In this document: in pieces, positions 19,231 to 32,507 of the stretch
Layout: each line of letters opens with the position of its first letter
Numbering within the stretch: position 1 is the stretch's first letter
Assembly (NCBI GenBank): GCA_963741955.1
Contig: CAVUKB010000001.1
Coordinates: 1 to 64,000 of the forward strand
Length of the DNA: 64,000 nt
Direction: 5' to 3'
Source of the DNA: an uncultured Acidobacteriota bacterium
GTDB lineage: Bacteria; Acidobacteriota; Thermoanaerobaculia; Gp7-AA8
Made by a program: the position numbers and the translations under genes
The notes under the pieces: model-generated
What the model was told of the DNA's origin: nothing
What the model saw: only the letters and a program-made list of their open reading frames with translations
Database searches by the model: none

Positions 19231-19258
19231 AAACGCCGGCCGCGAGGCCGGCGTTTTT
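19231..19258 (+). terminator. Intrinsic terminator
   Basis: AAACGCCGGCC-GCGA-GGCCGGCGTTTTT. Confidence 0.8.
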
Positions 19259-19442
19259 CATGCGCTCAATCGGTGGCGCTCCGGCCGCGAGGGGTGCGGA
19301 TCCTCTGATCCGCCCCGACGATCGCGTTCGAGCGTGACGAGAGGATGACCGGGGCAGCAGCGGAGCCGATTCCGCGACCGGGAGCTCGCGTGGCTGCGAC
19401 GGTTCGGTCCGGCCGCAGAAGCTTCGACCGGCCCGATCCGCG

Positions 19443-21005
<1,563 letters not shown>

Positions 21006-21011
21006 TTAGAA

Positions 21012-21212
21012 GCATCTAGGATCTGTGATCGAGGATCGAGGATCTGAAAGGCATCGAGGATCGGAAAGGCATCGAGGATCGGAAAGGCATCGAGGATCTG
21101 AAAGGCATCGAGGATCTGAAAGGCATCGAGGATCTGTGATCGAGGATCGAGGATCTGAAAGGCATCGAGGATCTGTGATCGAGGATCGAGGATCTGAAAG
21201 GCATCGAGGATC
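21012..21212. repeat. Composite tandem array of ATCGAGG-based 7/18/32-bp units
   Basis: GCATCGAGGATC(T/G)GAAAG units interspersed with ATCTGTGATCGAGG. Confidence 0.9.
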
Positions 21213-21252
21213 GTCGATCTTCGAGGAATCCGGGCGAAAGTGAAGATCTCTG

Positions 21253-21378
21253 CCACGATCCACGATCCACGATCCACGATCCACGATCCACGATCCACGA
21301 TCCACGATCCACGATCCACGATCCACGATCCACGATCCACGATCCACGATCCACGATCCACGATCCACGATCCACGAT
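21253..21378. repeat. (CCACGAT)18 heptamer array
   Basis: Perfect 7-bp tandem repeat, 126 bp. Confidence 0.95.
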
Positions 21379-21470
21379 GAATTCGAGCCCCGTTTCCGGG
21401 GCTCTCGAGGAGGAACCAGCGTTCCAGGGGGGCTCGGCAGTCCGGGGTGCTTCCCGCCTGCCGGAATGCT

Positions 21471-23642
21471 TCACTGCGATCTACGTGCCGGAGTGGACGG
21501 AGTTTCACTTCTGCGCATCGAGCGGGCGCGGGATCTCCAGCGGCGCGCTCCGGCGACGTCCTCGAGCGTCTCGAGCGTCTTTGCCGCCAGCTCTGCGGTC
21601 GCGGCGGATGGGTTCGCCCTCAGCATCTTCTCGAACAGCGGCTCCACCGAATCGCTCTTCCCTTCCACTGCGTAGACGATCGCGAGACGGACGTACGCAT
21701 CGAGGTGCGCGGGGAATGCTTCGATCTCGCGCCGGTAGGATTCCTCCGCCTCGGGCATCCGCTGCATCCGGGCGAATGTATCCGCCCGGAGAAACTCGAG
21801 TCCGTACACCCGCTTCATCCCGAGATCCCGTCCGCGCGCTTCGACCGTGGAAATCGTCGCGAGAGCTGCGTCGAAGTGTCCGGCACGCTGCTGGACCTCC
21901 GCCAGCAGCAGGAGGGAAGAGGGTTGCTCACGAGTTGCCGCGATTGTGGCGCGCGCTTCGCGTTCGGCACCGACGAGATCCTTTCGGGTCAGGGCGATCC
22001 GCGCGTTCAGCTCGTGCGCCTTTCCCGGATTCTCGCGCATCGCGCTGCCGGCGAGCCGTTCTGCCTGATCGAGCTCGCCGAGGCGGAGATGAACATAGCC
22101 GGCGCGAACGAGATCGTCCGAGGAGACGATCGGAGAACGCGCGAACGCCTCCCGGTACGCTTCGGCCGCCTCCTTCTCCCGTCCCGCTTTTGCAAGGACT
22201 TCGGCCAGGCGCGTCCACACCTCGACCATCCCCGGATTCTCTGCGACGAGTTCGCGCAACCCCGCGACCGAATCATCGAAGCGTCCTTCTTCGGCGAGGA
22301 GAAGAGCGTTGCGGATCCGATCGAGATACTGAATCCGATCGGCCGGATTCGGGAGCGACGATGAGAGGTCGCTCACTTTGGGTGAGCCGATGTATCCGAG
22401 CGCGGCGAGTCGCGACATCACCTCCGGGTCGACGTTCTCCATCGGCCGGAGCGGCTTCCGGTACGGCTCGATCTCCTTCCGCATCGACGCTGCGATCCGC
22501 CGGTTCGCGTCGAGGATGTCGTCCTTCTCCGCGGGGTCGGACGAGAGGTCGTAGAGCTCGGGGCGCGGTCCGTCGATGTAGTGATGCTGATCGCGGATCA
22601 GCGACGCGAGATCGCTCCACCCGAGGTGGATGCGCGGGTACATCGTCTCGGCGAAGATGCTGCGGGAGGCGAGCTTCGACTCTGATTCGAGGAGCGAGAT
22701 CCCATCTGCACGATGAGGAGGCTCGATGCCGAGAAGAGTGAGGACGGTCGGATAGAGATCCGAGAGCTGAACCGGTGCGTCGACGGTCGTTCCGGCGCGC
22801 GTCCGGTTCGGAAGCTTCACGAAGAGCGGGACCTGAAGCGCCTCGCGGTAGAGGAGGATGGAATGCTGTTCCTCGCCGTGATCGCCCAACCCTTCCCCGT
22901 GGTCGGATGTGACGATGACCAGCGCACGGTCGTAGATGCCGAGCGATCGCAGGTGATCGAGAAGCTTCCCGACGATGTCGTCCGCCGTCGCGATCTCCGC
23001 GTCGTATCCGGAGGAGTAGCGGCTCTTGAACGGCTCGGGCGCGGTGTATGGGAGGTGCGGCTCGTAGAGGTGAAAGAAATAGAAAAACGGCTTGCTCTGG
23101 TGCGCATCGATCCACGACTCCGCAGCGCGGAGAGTCTCGTATCCGGAGCGCTGGTACTCGCCGAATGCCGCGCCCGGATGAGGATCGATCGAGTCGTCGT
23201 AATCGTCGAAGCAGCTGTCCATCCCGCTGCCGGCGCGGAGAACGTACGAGGAGACAGCCGCCCCGGAGAGGATGCCGTGGTTGCGCAGAACGCACGGAAG
23301 GGAACCCTCTTTCGTGGAGTCGAAGTGGAATCCGATGTTGTTCCGGACTCCGTGGTCCGCCGGAAGGAGGCCGGTGAGCATCGTGGCATGGGAGGGAAGG
23401 GTCATCGGGACCGGGGAGTACGCACGCCGGAAGAGAATGGCGTCGCGGCGGAGTGCGTCGAGGTGTGGCGTTTCGATGGCCCGGTAGCCGTAGGCCGGGA
23501 GGTGATCGGAGCGGAGCGTGTCGATGGAGATCAGGACCACCGGGGTCTCGCGATTCGACGTGACGGAGGATCTCTCGCCTCCGCATCCGGAGAGGAGCAC
23601 CGCGGTGGCGAGGAGAGCTGCGAGTCGGCGGGGGCGGATCAT
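21471..23642 (-). CDS. Sulfatase-like hydrolase with C-terminal TPRs, probable lipoprotein
   Basis: LLSGC lipobox; ISIDTLRSD, TLPSHATMLTG, HLYEPH, TSDHGE, LAALGY; TPR tail. Confidence 0.88.
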   Translation of the reverse strand: MIRPRRLAALLATAVLLSGCGGERSSVTSNRETPVVLISIDTLRSDHLPAYGYRAIETPHLDALRRDAILFRRAYSPVPMTLPSHATMLTGLLPADHGVRNNIGFHFDSTKEGSLPCVLRNHGILSGAAVSSYVLRAGSGMDSCFDDYDDSIDPHPGAAFGEYQRSGYETLRAAESWIDAHQSKPFFYFFHLYEPHLPYTAPEPFKSRYSSGYDAEIATADDIVGKLLDHLRSLGIYDRALVIVTSDHGEGLGDHGEEQHSILLYREALQVPLFVKLPNRTRAGTTVDAPVQLSDLYPTVLTLLGIEPPHRADGISLLESESKLASRSIFAETMYPRIHLGWSDLASLIRDQHHYIDGPRPELYDLSSDPAEKDDILDANRRIAASMRKEIEPYRKPLRPMENVDPEVMSRLAALGYIGSPKVSDLSSSLPNPADRIQYLDRIRNALLLAEEGRFDDSVAGLRELVAENPGMVEVWTRLAEVLAKAGREKEAAEAYREAFARSPIVSSDDLVRAGYVHLRLGELDQAERLAGSAMRENPGKAHELNARIALTRKDLVGAEREARATIAATREQPSSLLLLAEVQQRAGHFDAALATISTVEARGRDLGMKRVYGLEFLRADTFARMQRMPEAEESYRREIEAFPAHLDAYVRLAIVYAVEGKSDSVEPLFEKMLRANPSAATAELAAKTLETLEDVAGARRWRSRARSMRRSETPSTPARRSQ

Positions 23643-23793
23643 CGGTGTCTTTCGGGACTCTCTGGTTTCACGAACCATCAGCGCAGCCGGGCTGGCCCGG
23701 TCGTCCGTTCCGGTCGGGAAGAGAAGCAGACCTTTCCACCCGAACGTTACGCGCGTCGTTCATGAGAACACGGCGGCGCGGAAAATCTGCCCG

Positions 23794-23825
23794 AAAAAAA
23801 AGGCCCCGGTCCGAAGACCGGGGCC
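23794..23825 (-). terminator. Intrinsic terminator of TonB receptor gene
   Basis: GGCCCCGGTC-TTCG-GACCGGGGCC-T8 on minus strand. Confidence 0.85.
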
Positions 23826-23849
23826 GTGCTGCTCGTGAAGCTCGCTCGA

Positions 23850-26846
23850 TCAGAATCGCAGTCCGAGCGAGAAGCGGTAACTGAACGGGGTCTGGTAGTA
23901 GCTCGCCGCCGTCGGCTTGCCGAAGTTCGGTCCCTTCACGTAGTTGACTCCCTCCACCGGGGTGTCCGTGAACGGGTTGAACACGCTGCAGCGCGTTCCG
24001 TCCGCCTTCTTGCACTGGCTGTTGAGTGACGTATAGACGGTGGTGTTGACGTTGGTCACGCCGCTCTCGTCGAAGATGTTGAACATCTCGGCCTGGGCGA
24101 ACAGCTGCACGCCGGCCGCGATCTTCCTGCCGTAGTTGAACGACAGGTCGGTCGAGGTGATCGTATCGGTCCGGTACGCTCCGCGACCGGAGAAGTAGTA
24201 GACCGGATATCCGAGCTGCGATTCGGCGTAGCTGGTGATGTTCGGCGCGCCCGGATAGCTGAACGCGTCGATCGTTGCGGCTGCCGAGTACGGAAGTCCG
24301 CTCCCGTAGTTCTGGAGGAGCGAGACGTTCAGGGTACCGATCATCTCCGGCATCGGGACGTCGTAGCCCACCCACATCCGTGCGCGATGCCGCTGGTCGC
24401 CTGCGAGGTAACCGATCGGGAGCGACTGCTTGAAGCCGAGATATTCGGGATAGAAATCGGTCAGGGTCGTGTTGCCGACCGTGCCGCTGGACGCGCTCTC
24501 CTGGGTGTCGTTGCCGCGCAGCTTGGACCAGGTGTAGTTCAGGCCCGTGTTGAAGCGGTTCGGACGCCAGGCTGCCTGGAGCTGCACACCGCGATACTGA
24601 CGCTTGATGTCGTCCGTGTTGTAGACGGTGGCGACGTCGTGCTCGATGCCGAGGAAATCGGTCCTGATCGGCGATCCCTGGACGATCCGGAAGGCGTAGA
24701 AGTCCTTCCAGTCGCGCGAAACGAAATCGGCCTTCGCATATGCGGTCCGGCCGAGCTGTACGCCGTAGCCGAGGACGTATTCGGTGACCTTCGGCGACTT
24801 CAGGTTGCTGTCGATGACGTAGTCGTAGCCGGGGACGTTCTTCGCCCCATTCGGCTTGAGAAGCGCGGTGTTGCTGGTGCCGCCGTTGGCGAAGAACCAG
24901 TCGAAGATCATCTGAAGCGCCTGGTGCGCGTCCAGCAGCTCATTCTGCGGAGTTCCCGGAGCGTTGATCGCCGGCCCTCCGTAGATGTAGTCGATCGTGC
25001 CGGGGCTGCCCGCCGCGTCGGCTGACGTGCCGGGACCCTCACCGACCATGGTCACGTACTCGTTGTACGAGGCCTGAACGCGATGACGGCCGTTCCCCTG
25101 GATGTCGTAAGTGGCCGAAAGGCGAGGGCTGATCGCGCTGTCCTTCGAGACCTGGTTTCCCTGGCCGTCCTTCGCGTCGTTCTTGTCGTAACGGAGTCCG
25201 ACGTTGAAGGACCAGTGATGGCTCAGATCCCACCGGTCGTTGACGAAGAGGGAGTCCTGTCCGAGGTGGTTCTGGTTCGCGCCGACGAAGATCGGGGTCC
25301 AGCGGAGATAGCTGGTCGCGGCGCTGTTGGTCACCACCGGGTAGAGCAGCCCCTCGGGTGACATCAGAGGAGTGGTCGAGCCGGGGACGCGGACCACGTC
25401 CGTGACCTGCATCCGGTAGTCCGAGCCCGACTGGTGGTTGTTCGCATAACGCTGCTGGTCGAAACGCTCGTAGCCGGCGACGAAGTTGTGTGCGCCGGTG
25501 CCGGCGGTGCTGAGGAAGTAGTTTCCCTTGACGGTGTAGCCGTCGCTGTTGCGGCTCTCAGTGTCGCAGACGCCGCAGAAGGTCGGGGAGTTGAAGCGTG
25601 CGAGACCGTCTCCCGCGTTGCGGATCAGCGTCCCGCGGAGGAGGTCGGTGTACTGGGCTCCGTTGCCCACGGCGATGTCGTACTTGCGCTGCGAATAGTG
25701 GCCTTCAACCAGGAAGTTGTTGGTGATGATGCCGTTGTAGTGAGCGGAGAGGAGCGACTGTGGATCCTTCCGGTCCGAGAGGCTGTTCAGATCGTAGCTC
25801 GATGAAGTGAAGCGGGTGTTCGTGCTGGTGCTGTCGTTCTTCAGGTACGAGCCGACGATCGAGTGTTTCGGAGTGATCTGGCCGGTGAGCTTGGCTTCCC
25901 ACCGCTTCGCATCGGTGCTCGTCGCATAAGGGATGTTGGTCCGGTAGGTCTCGGCGGAGCTCGAGGTCGACTGCTTGCGGCCCGCGCCGAAGAACCAGAG
26001 ACGATCCCTCATCACGAATCCGCCGAGTGTCGCCTCGTAGATCGAATTGATCTTGTCGAGGTGGTCTGCCTCGCCGGCATATGGGGTCTTGTTCGTCCAG
26101 CTGTTGTTGGAGAGGGAGTCCCGGAACGAGCCGGAGAATTCGTTGCCGCCGGTCTTGGTGATGGAGTTCACCACGCCGCCGGTGAAACGGCCGTACTCGG
26201 CGGAGATCGCGCCGGTCAGGACAGTGGTCTCCTGAATCGCGTCTTCGATGAAGAGCGCGAGGGTCTGGTTGCGGACGTTCTCGGTGATCGAGACGCCGTT
26301 GACCATGACCAGGTTGTCGTAGCCCGGGCTGCCGGAGATCGACAGCTGGTTGGTCTGGACGGTGTTGCTGTTCACGCCTGGGGCGAGATCTGCCGCGGCG
26401 AGAACGGTCCGGCCGAGGGGAAGGTCATCTACGAGCTTGGAGGAGACGTTCGCCGACACCTGGGGGGTGTCGAGGACCGCCGGAGAGCTCGCGGTGACGG
26501 TGATCGCCTCGGTGACGGCGGAGAGCTTCAGGTCCGCGTCCGCGGTCGCCGTGGTCGACAGCGACAGATGGACTTTCTTCGTGACCGTCTGCATTCCTTC
26601 GAGTGCGATGGTGACGGCGTAGTCGCCCGGAGGAAGTGCCGGGAAGACGTAGCCGCCGTTGATTCCGGACACCGTCGTCCGGGTGCCCTGCAGGGCCGGG
26701 GATGAGATGGTGATCGTGGCGCCGGGGAGCGGGCCCCCGTCCGTGGTGACCGTCCCGCTGAGAGTGGCCGTCGTCTGCCCGAAGGCGGTGATGCCTGCGA
26801 GCAGAAGGAGAAGCGACAGGCCGAGAGTCCGTTGGAGCTGTTTCAT
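23850..26846 (-). CDS. Oar-like TonB-dependent receptor with carboxypeptidase-regulatory-like N-domain
   Basis: Signal peptide; GTVT..GPLPGATITI, SAEYGRFTGGVVN, GLRYD, SPRLSATYD, C-terminal GLRF. Confidence 0.9.
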   Translation of the reverse strand: MKQLQRTLGLSLLLLLAGITAFGQTTATLSGTVTTDGGPLPGATITISSPALQGTRTTVSGINGGYVFPALPPGDYAVTIALEGMQTVTKKVHLSLSTTATADADLKLSAVTEAITVTASSPAVLDTPQVSANVSSKLVDDLPLGRTVLAAADLAPGVNSNTVQTNQLSISGSPGYDNLVMVNGVSITENVRNQTLALFIEDAIQETTVLTGAISAEYGRFTGGVVNSITKTGGNEFSGSFRDSLSNNSWTNKTPYAGEADHLDKINSIYEATLGGFVMRDRLWFFGAGRKQSTSSSAETYRTNIPYATSTDAKRWEAKLTGQITPKHSIVGSYLKNDSTSTNTRFTSSSYDLNSLSDRKDPQSLLSAHYNGIITNNFLVEGHYSQRKYDIAVGNGAQYTDLLRGTLIRNAGDGLARFNSPTFCGVCDTESRNSDGYTVKGNYFLSTAGTGAHNFVAGYERFDQQRYANNHQSGSDYRMQVTDVVRVPGSTTPLMSPEGLLYPVVTNSAATSYLRWTPIFVGANQNHLGQDSLFVNDRWDLSHHWSFNVGLRYDKNDAKDGQGNQVSKDSAISPRLSATYDIQGNGRHRVQASYNEYVTMVGEGPGTSADAAGSPGTIDYIYGGPAINAPGTPQNELLDAHQALQMIFDWFFANGGTSNTALLKPNGAKNVPGYDYVIDSNLKSPKVTEYVLGYGVQLGRTAYAKADFVSRDWKDFYAFRIVQGSPIRTDFLGIEHDVATVYNTDDIKRQYRGVQLQAAWRPNRFNTGLNYTWSKLRGNDTQESASSGTVGNTTLTDFYPEYLGFKQSLPIGYLAGDQRHRARMWVGYDVPMPEMIGTLNVSLLQNYGSGLPYSAAATIDAFSYPGAPNITSYAESQLGYPVYYFSGRGAYRTDTITSTDLSFNYGRKIAAGVQLFAQAEMFNIFDESGVTNVNTTVYTSLNSQCKKADGTRCSVFNPFTDTPVEGVNYVKGPNFGKPTAASYYQTPFSYRFSLGLRF

Positions 26847-27328
26847 CGAGTTTCCTCCTCTATGTCGCCCTCCACCCGATTGCCGGGGGAGGATTTGTAA
26901 ATCACGACTTCAGAATCGGCGACGGAACTGCACGGTCCGGACCGCGACGGTGCCAGGAGTCGCAGAGCTCAACTCTTTATTGAACAATCGTTTACAAAAC
27001 CGCCGTTTACCTGCCGGTTACGGCAGATTCGGAAATTTGATGCGAAGAGGTGAAAATGCCGAATCGGGCCCGGCCGGAGCGCCTTCAGGCAGCGGTGTCC
27101 GCCGGATTCGGCTCCGGATCGCCCGGGGGTGAAACTCGGGTTAAAATCAGGGAAACCCCTTGAAAACGCAGTCTTCTGGCCTGGAGGAATGGCGGCGCTC
27201 CCTCGGAGCGCGAACGGCGAATCGTCCGGAGCCGGCCGCCGGCGGCAGCGGCGGGGAGTGAGGAGGCTCTCCGAACAGGCTGTTGTTCGGAATTTTGGAT
27301 TCCGTCCGCGGGGCCTCCCGGGAGGACG

Positions 27329-27360
27329 AAAAAAAAAGGCGCGGCGTTGCCGCCGCGCCT
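27329..27360 (-). terminator. groEL terminator
   Basis: AGGCGCGGC-loop-GCCGCGCC followed by T9 on minus strand. Confidence 0.8.
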
Positions 27361-27385
27361 CGATGCGTCCCGATGACGGGAGCGA

Positions 27386-29379
<1,994 letters not shown>

Positions 29380-29459
29380 CTCTCCTTTCAGAACTCCAAT
29401 TGATGCCGCGGAGAAATCCGCGATTTGAAGACCTCATTCTGCCGCGCCGGGCTCCTCTG

Positions 29460-29486
29460 TTAGCACTCTCCCGACGTGAGTGCTAA
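29460..29486. promoter_or_regulatory. CIRCE operator (HrcA site)
   Basis: Perfect TTAGCACTC-N9-GAGTGCTAA upstream of groES. Confidence 0.96.
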
Positions 29487-29488
29487 CA

Positions 29489-29517
29489 AATATAGTCGGC
29501 GAGTCGAGGTGTGTCAA
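29489..29517 (-). promoter_or_regulatory. groESL sigma70 promoter
   Basis: TTGACA-17 nt-TATATT directly upstream of CIRCE. Confidence 0.8.
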
Positions 29518-29559
29518 GGGGGCAGAATTTGAGTTGACGGGACGAAGATTTCTGGAGCG

Positions 29560-29647
29560 GCGAGCGACGAGAGACGAGGGACCAGGGACGAGAGGCCGGA
29601 GCTTGTCAGGAACCCGGCAATGTCGGACCTGTCGGACCTGTCGGACG
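29560..29647. repeat. Degenerate GACGAG(A/G) heptamers plus (TGTCGGACC)3 nonamers
   Basis: Visible short tandem units between corA stop and groES promoter. Confidence 0.7.
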
Positions 29648-29679
29648 AATCCTGCGCGGCCTAACCTCGCTCGCCGCAC

Positions 29680-30771
29680 TCAGCGCGTCCAGACCGGAGG
29701 TGGCGGCGGTCCCAGACGCCGTCGCCGGTGGCGGAGCTTCCGGAGAGGATGGCGGCGGCGCATGAAAAGACGTCCGATCAGACTCTCGTCCGACGCCTTC
29801 TCGAACAGCCACCCCTTGTGAGTGAAGTAGCCGAGCATTCCGACCGCGATCGCGAGCATCACTCCGATCGCCGCCCAGAATCCCCAGGGGGAGCGGAGGA
29901 AGGGGATATGGGCGAAGTTCATTCCGTAGATTCCGGCCAGCATGTTGATCGGAAGGAGGACGGTCGAGATGATCGTGAGAAGTTTCATGATGTCGTTGGT
30001 GCGGTTCGCCACCACCGACAGGTACGCGTCGAGCGTGGAAGTCGTGAGATCGCGCTCCACGTCGATCCACTCGCTGATCCGGTACATGTGGTCGTACAGG
30101 TCCCGGAAATAGATCAGGTGGTCCCTCTTGACGAACTTCGCATCTCCCCGGCTGATCGCGTTGAGCAGTTCGCGCTGGGGCACAGAGTGGCGGCGGAGCT
30201 GATTCAGGTCCCTCTTGAAATGGAGCACTTCGTCCAGAAGGTCCTGGCGGGGACGGGTGAACATCCGGTCCTGGATCGCGTCCACCCGATCTTCGATCTC
30301 GTCGATGATGGGGAAGTGCATGTCGACCAGCAGGTCGATGATGGAGTAGAGGAGGAAGTCGGTCCCTTCCACCATCAGGCGGGCGTCGTTCGGAAGGCGG
30401 TCGCGAACCGTGTCGACCGTCTGTTCCAGGCCGTCGTGAACCGTGAATATGAACCGGTCGCTGAGGAACACCGCGAGCTTCGTCGTGTCGATCCCGTGCT
30501 CGTTGAGGTTGACGTTGACGGCGCGGAATATGAAGAAATCGTAGTCGGGATAGGCGTCGTATTTCGGCAGGGTATGCGCGGAGACGGCGTCCTCCGCAGC
30601 GAGAGCATGGAATCCGAAGCGATCCTCGAGAATCGGTTCGATCTCCTCCTGGGTCGGTTTCACGATGTCGACCCACAGCCGGTCTTTCCCTTCGGGGGAC
30701 CAGCGGTCGATCAACTCCTGGGCGCCGAGGGTGACCTTTCCCTCGTGAAGCAGTGCGGTGCGGATCATCAT
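29680..30771 (-). CDS. corA: Magnesium/cobalt transporter
   Basis: [30 protein letters not shown] and two C-terminal TM helices. Confidence 0.93.
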   Translation of the reverse strand: MMIRTALLHEGKVTLGAQELIDRWSPEGKDRLWVDIVKPTQEEIEPILEDRFGFHALAAEDAVSAHTLPKYDAYPDYDFFIFRAVNVNLNEHGIDTTKLAVFLSDRFIFTVHDGLEQTVDTVRDRLPNDARLMVEGTDFLLYSIIDLLVDMHFPIIDEIEDRVDAIQDRMFTRPRQDLLDEVLHFKRDLNQLRRHSVPQRELLNAISRGDAKFVKRDHLIYFRDLYDHMYRISEWIDVERDLTTSTLDAYLSVVANRTNDIMKLLTIISTVLLPINMLAGIYGMNFAHIPFLRSPWGFWAAIGVMLAIAVGMLGYFTHKGWLFEKASDESLIGRLFMRRRHPLRKLRHRRRRLGPPPPPVWTR

Positions 30772-30993
30772 CGCGGTCCGTTCAACATAGCAGAAGAGGG
30801 GAGGGAATTGCTCGCTTTGCGGTGCCGGGTCGGGAGAGGCGAGAGTTCCCCCGCGATGCGCCGCTGCTCCGCCGCGCAAATCTGCGCGCCCTCTCGCCCG
30901 GCGCCGCATCATCTGCTATCCTCCGTCGGGCGTCGGAGGCGAGCTCCCCGCCTTTCATCAGTCCCGAAATCCACTCCGGACACAGGAGCGAAG

Positions 30994-31530
30994 ATGAAAG
31001 TCAAGAAGCGCATCCTCGATGGCGCCCGGATGCGGCGCGCCATCTCGCGAATGGCCATCGAGATCGTCGAGCGGAATCGCGGCACGGAAGAGCTGATCAT
31101 CACCGGCATCCGCAGCCGCGGCGTCCCGATCGCCGAGCGCATCGTTCGTCACATCAAGGACGCTGAAGGTGTCGAGGTCCCGCTCGGGATCCTCGACATC
31201 ACACTCTACCGCGACGACCTCACCACCATTGCCCCCCAGCCGGTGGTCAAGCCGACCAAGTTCCCGCAGCCGATCGACGAGAAGATCGTGGTCCTGGTCG
31301 ACGACGTTCTCTACACCGGGCGCACCGTCCGGGCGGCCCTCGACGCACTGATCGATTTCGGACGCCCGAAGGCGGTGCAGCTTGCGGTGCTCATCGACCG
31401 GGGACATCGCGAGCTTCCGATCCACGGCGATTTCATCGGCAAGACCGTCCCCACGGACCGGACCGAAGTGATCAAGGTGAAGCTGGAAGAGACCGACGGC
31501 GATGACGAAGTTCTGATCATGGAGCAGTGA
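30994..31530 (+). CDS. pyrR: Pyrimidine operon regulator / uracil PRTase
   Basis: [35 protein letters not shown]. Confidence 0.95.
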   Translation: MKVKKRILDGARMRRAISRMAIEIVERNRGTEELIITGIRSRGVPIAERIVRHIKDAEGVEVPLGILDITLYRDDLTTIAPQPVVKPTKFPQPIDEKIVVLVDDVLYTGRTVRAALDALIDFGRPKAVQLAVLIDRGHRELPIHGDFIGKTVPTDRTEVIKVKLEETDGDDEVLIMEQ

Positions 31531-31534
31531 TCCG

Positions 31535-32482
31535 ATGAGAAGTGCCACCTCCGCCCTCCGCTCGAAGGATTTGCTCGGGATCGAATCGCTCTCCGCCGAC
31601 GAGATCACTCTGATCCTCGATACGGCGGAAGGATTCAAGGAAGTCAGCGAGCGTCCGATCAAGAAGGTCCCCACCCTCCGCGGGCAGCTGGTGATCAATC
31701 TCTTCATGGAGGCTTCCACCCGGACCCGCGTCTCGTTCGAGATCGCCGAGAAGCGTCTCTCTGCCGATACCCTGAACTTCTCCGCCTCCGGTTCGTCGGT
31801 CGAAAAAGGAGAGACCCTGCTCGACACCGCCGAGAACCTGATGGCGATGCACCCGGACATGATCGTGATCCGCCATCGCTTCCCGGGTGCCGCGAAGATG
31901 CTCGCCGACCGTCTTCCGGCCTCGGTGATCAACGCGGGCGACGGCGCGCACGAGCACCCGACTCAGGCGCTGCTCGACGCGTTCACCATCCGCGAGCGGC
32001 TGGGGAGGCTCGACGGCGTCAACATCTCGATCATCGGCGACATCGCCTACTCCCGGGTGGTTCGCTCCAATATCCATCTGCTCACGAAGATGAACGCAAA
32101 CGTGACCCTCGCGGCGCCGCCGACTCTGATGCCGGCGGAAGTGGAGCGTCTCGGCGTCCGAGTCGTCCATTCGCTCGACGAGGCTCTGGAAGGTGCGGAC
32201 GTGGTGATGATGCTCCGGATCCAGCTCGAGCGTCAGGGGAAGCTCTCGTTTCCTTCGCTCCGCGAGTACTTCAACACCTTCGGGCTGACTGCCGAACGGC
32301 TCCGTCGGGCCAGGGAAGGGGTCGTGGTCATGCATCCGGGGCCGATGAACCGGGGCGTGGAGATCGCTTCCGACGTCGCCGACGGCCCCTTTTCCGTGAT
32401 CCTCGAGCAGGTGACGAACGGAGTGGCCGTGCGGATGGCGGTGCTGTATCTGCTGGGTGGCGGACATCTGACCGAAGGATGA
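31535..32482 (+). CDS. pyrB: Aspartate carbamoyltransferase
   Basis: [33 protein letters not shown]. Confidence 0.96.
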   Translation: MRSATSALRSKDLLGIESLSADEITLILDTAEGFKEVSERPIKKVPTLRGQLVINLFMEASTRTRVSFEIAEKRLSADTLNFSASGSSVEKGETLLDTAENLMAMHPDMIVIRHRFPGAAKMLADRLPASVINAGDGAHEHPTQALLDAFTIRERLGRLDGVNISIIGDIAYSRVVRSNIHLLTKMNANVTLAAPPTLMPAEVERLGVRVVHSLDEALEGADVVMMLRIQLERQGKLSFPSLREYFNTFGLTAERLRRAREGVVVMHPGPMNRGVEIASDVADGPFSVILEQVTNGVAVRMAVLYLLGGGHLTEG

Positions 32483-32507
32483 TTCACGCTCGATTCGAGG
32501 ATTCGAC

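Noticed and set aside
21012-21378. CRISPR array
   Set aside because: Units are contiguous 7-32 bp tandem repeats with no unique spacers, and no cas genes are in the window
26850-27320. Sigma54 promoter or riboswitch upstream of the TonB receptor
   Set aside because: TGGCAC is present on the minus strand but lacks a properly spaced TTGC; no recognisable aptamer
30915-30990. PyrR-binding attenuator
   Set aside because: Only a partial CTTT..AGTCC resemblance; no GAGG loop consensus or U-tailed terminator
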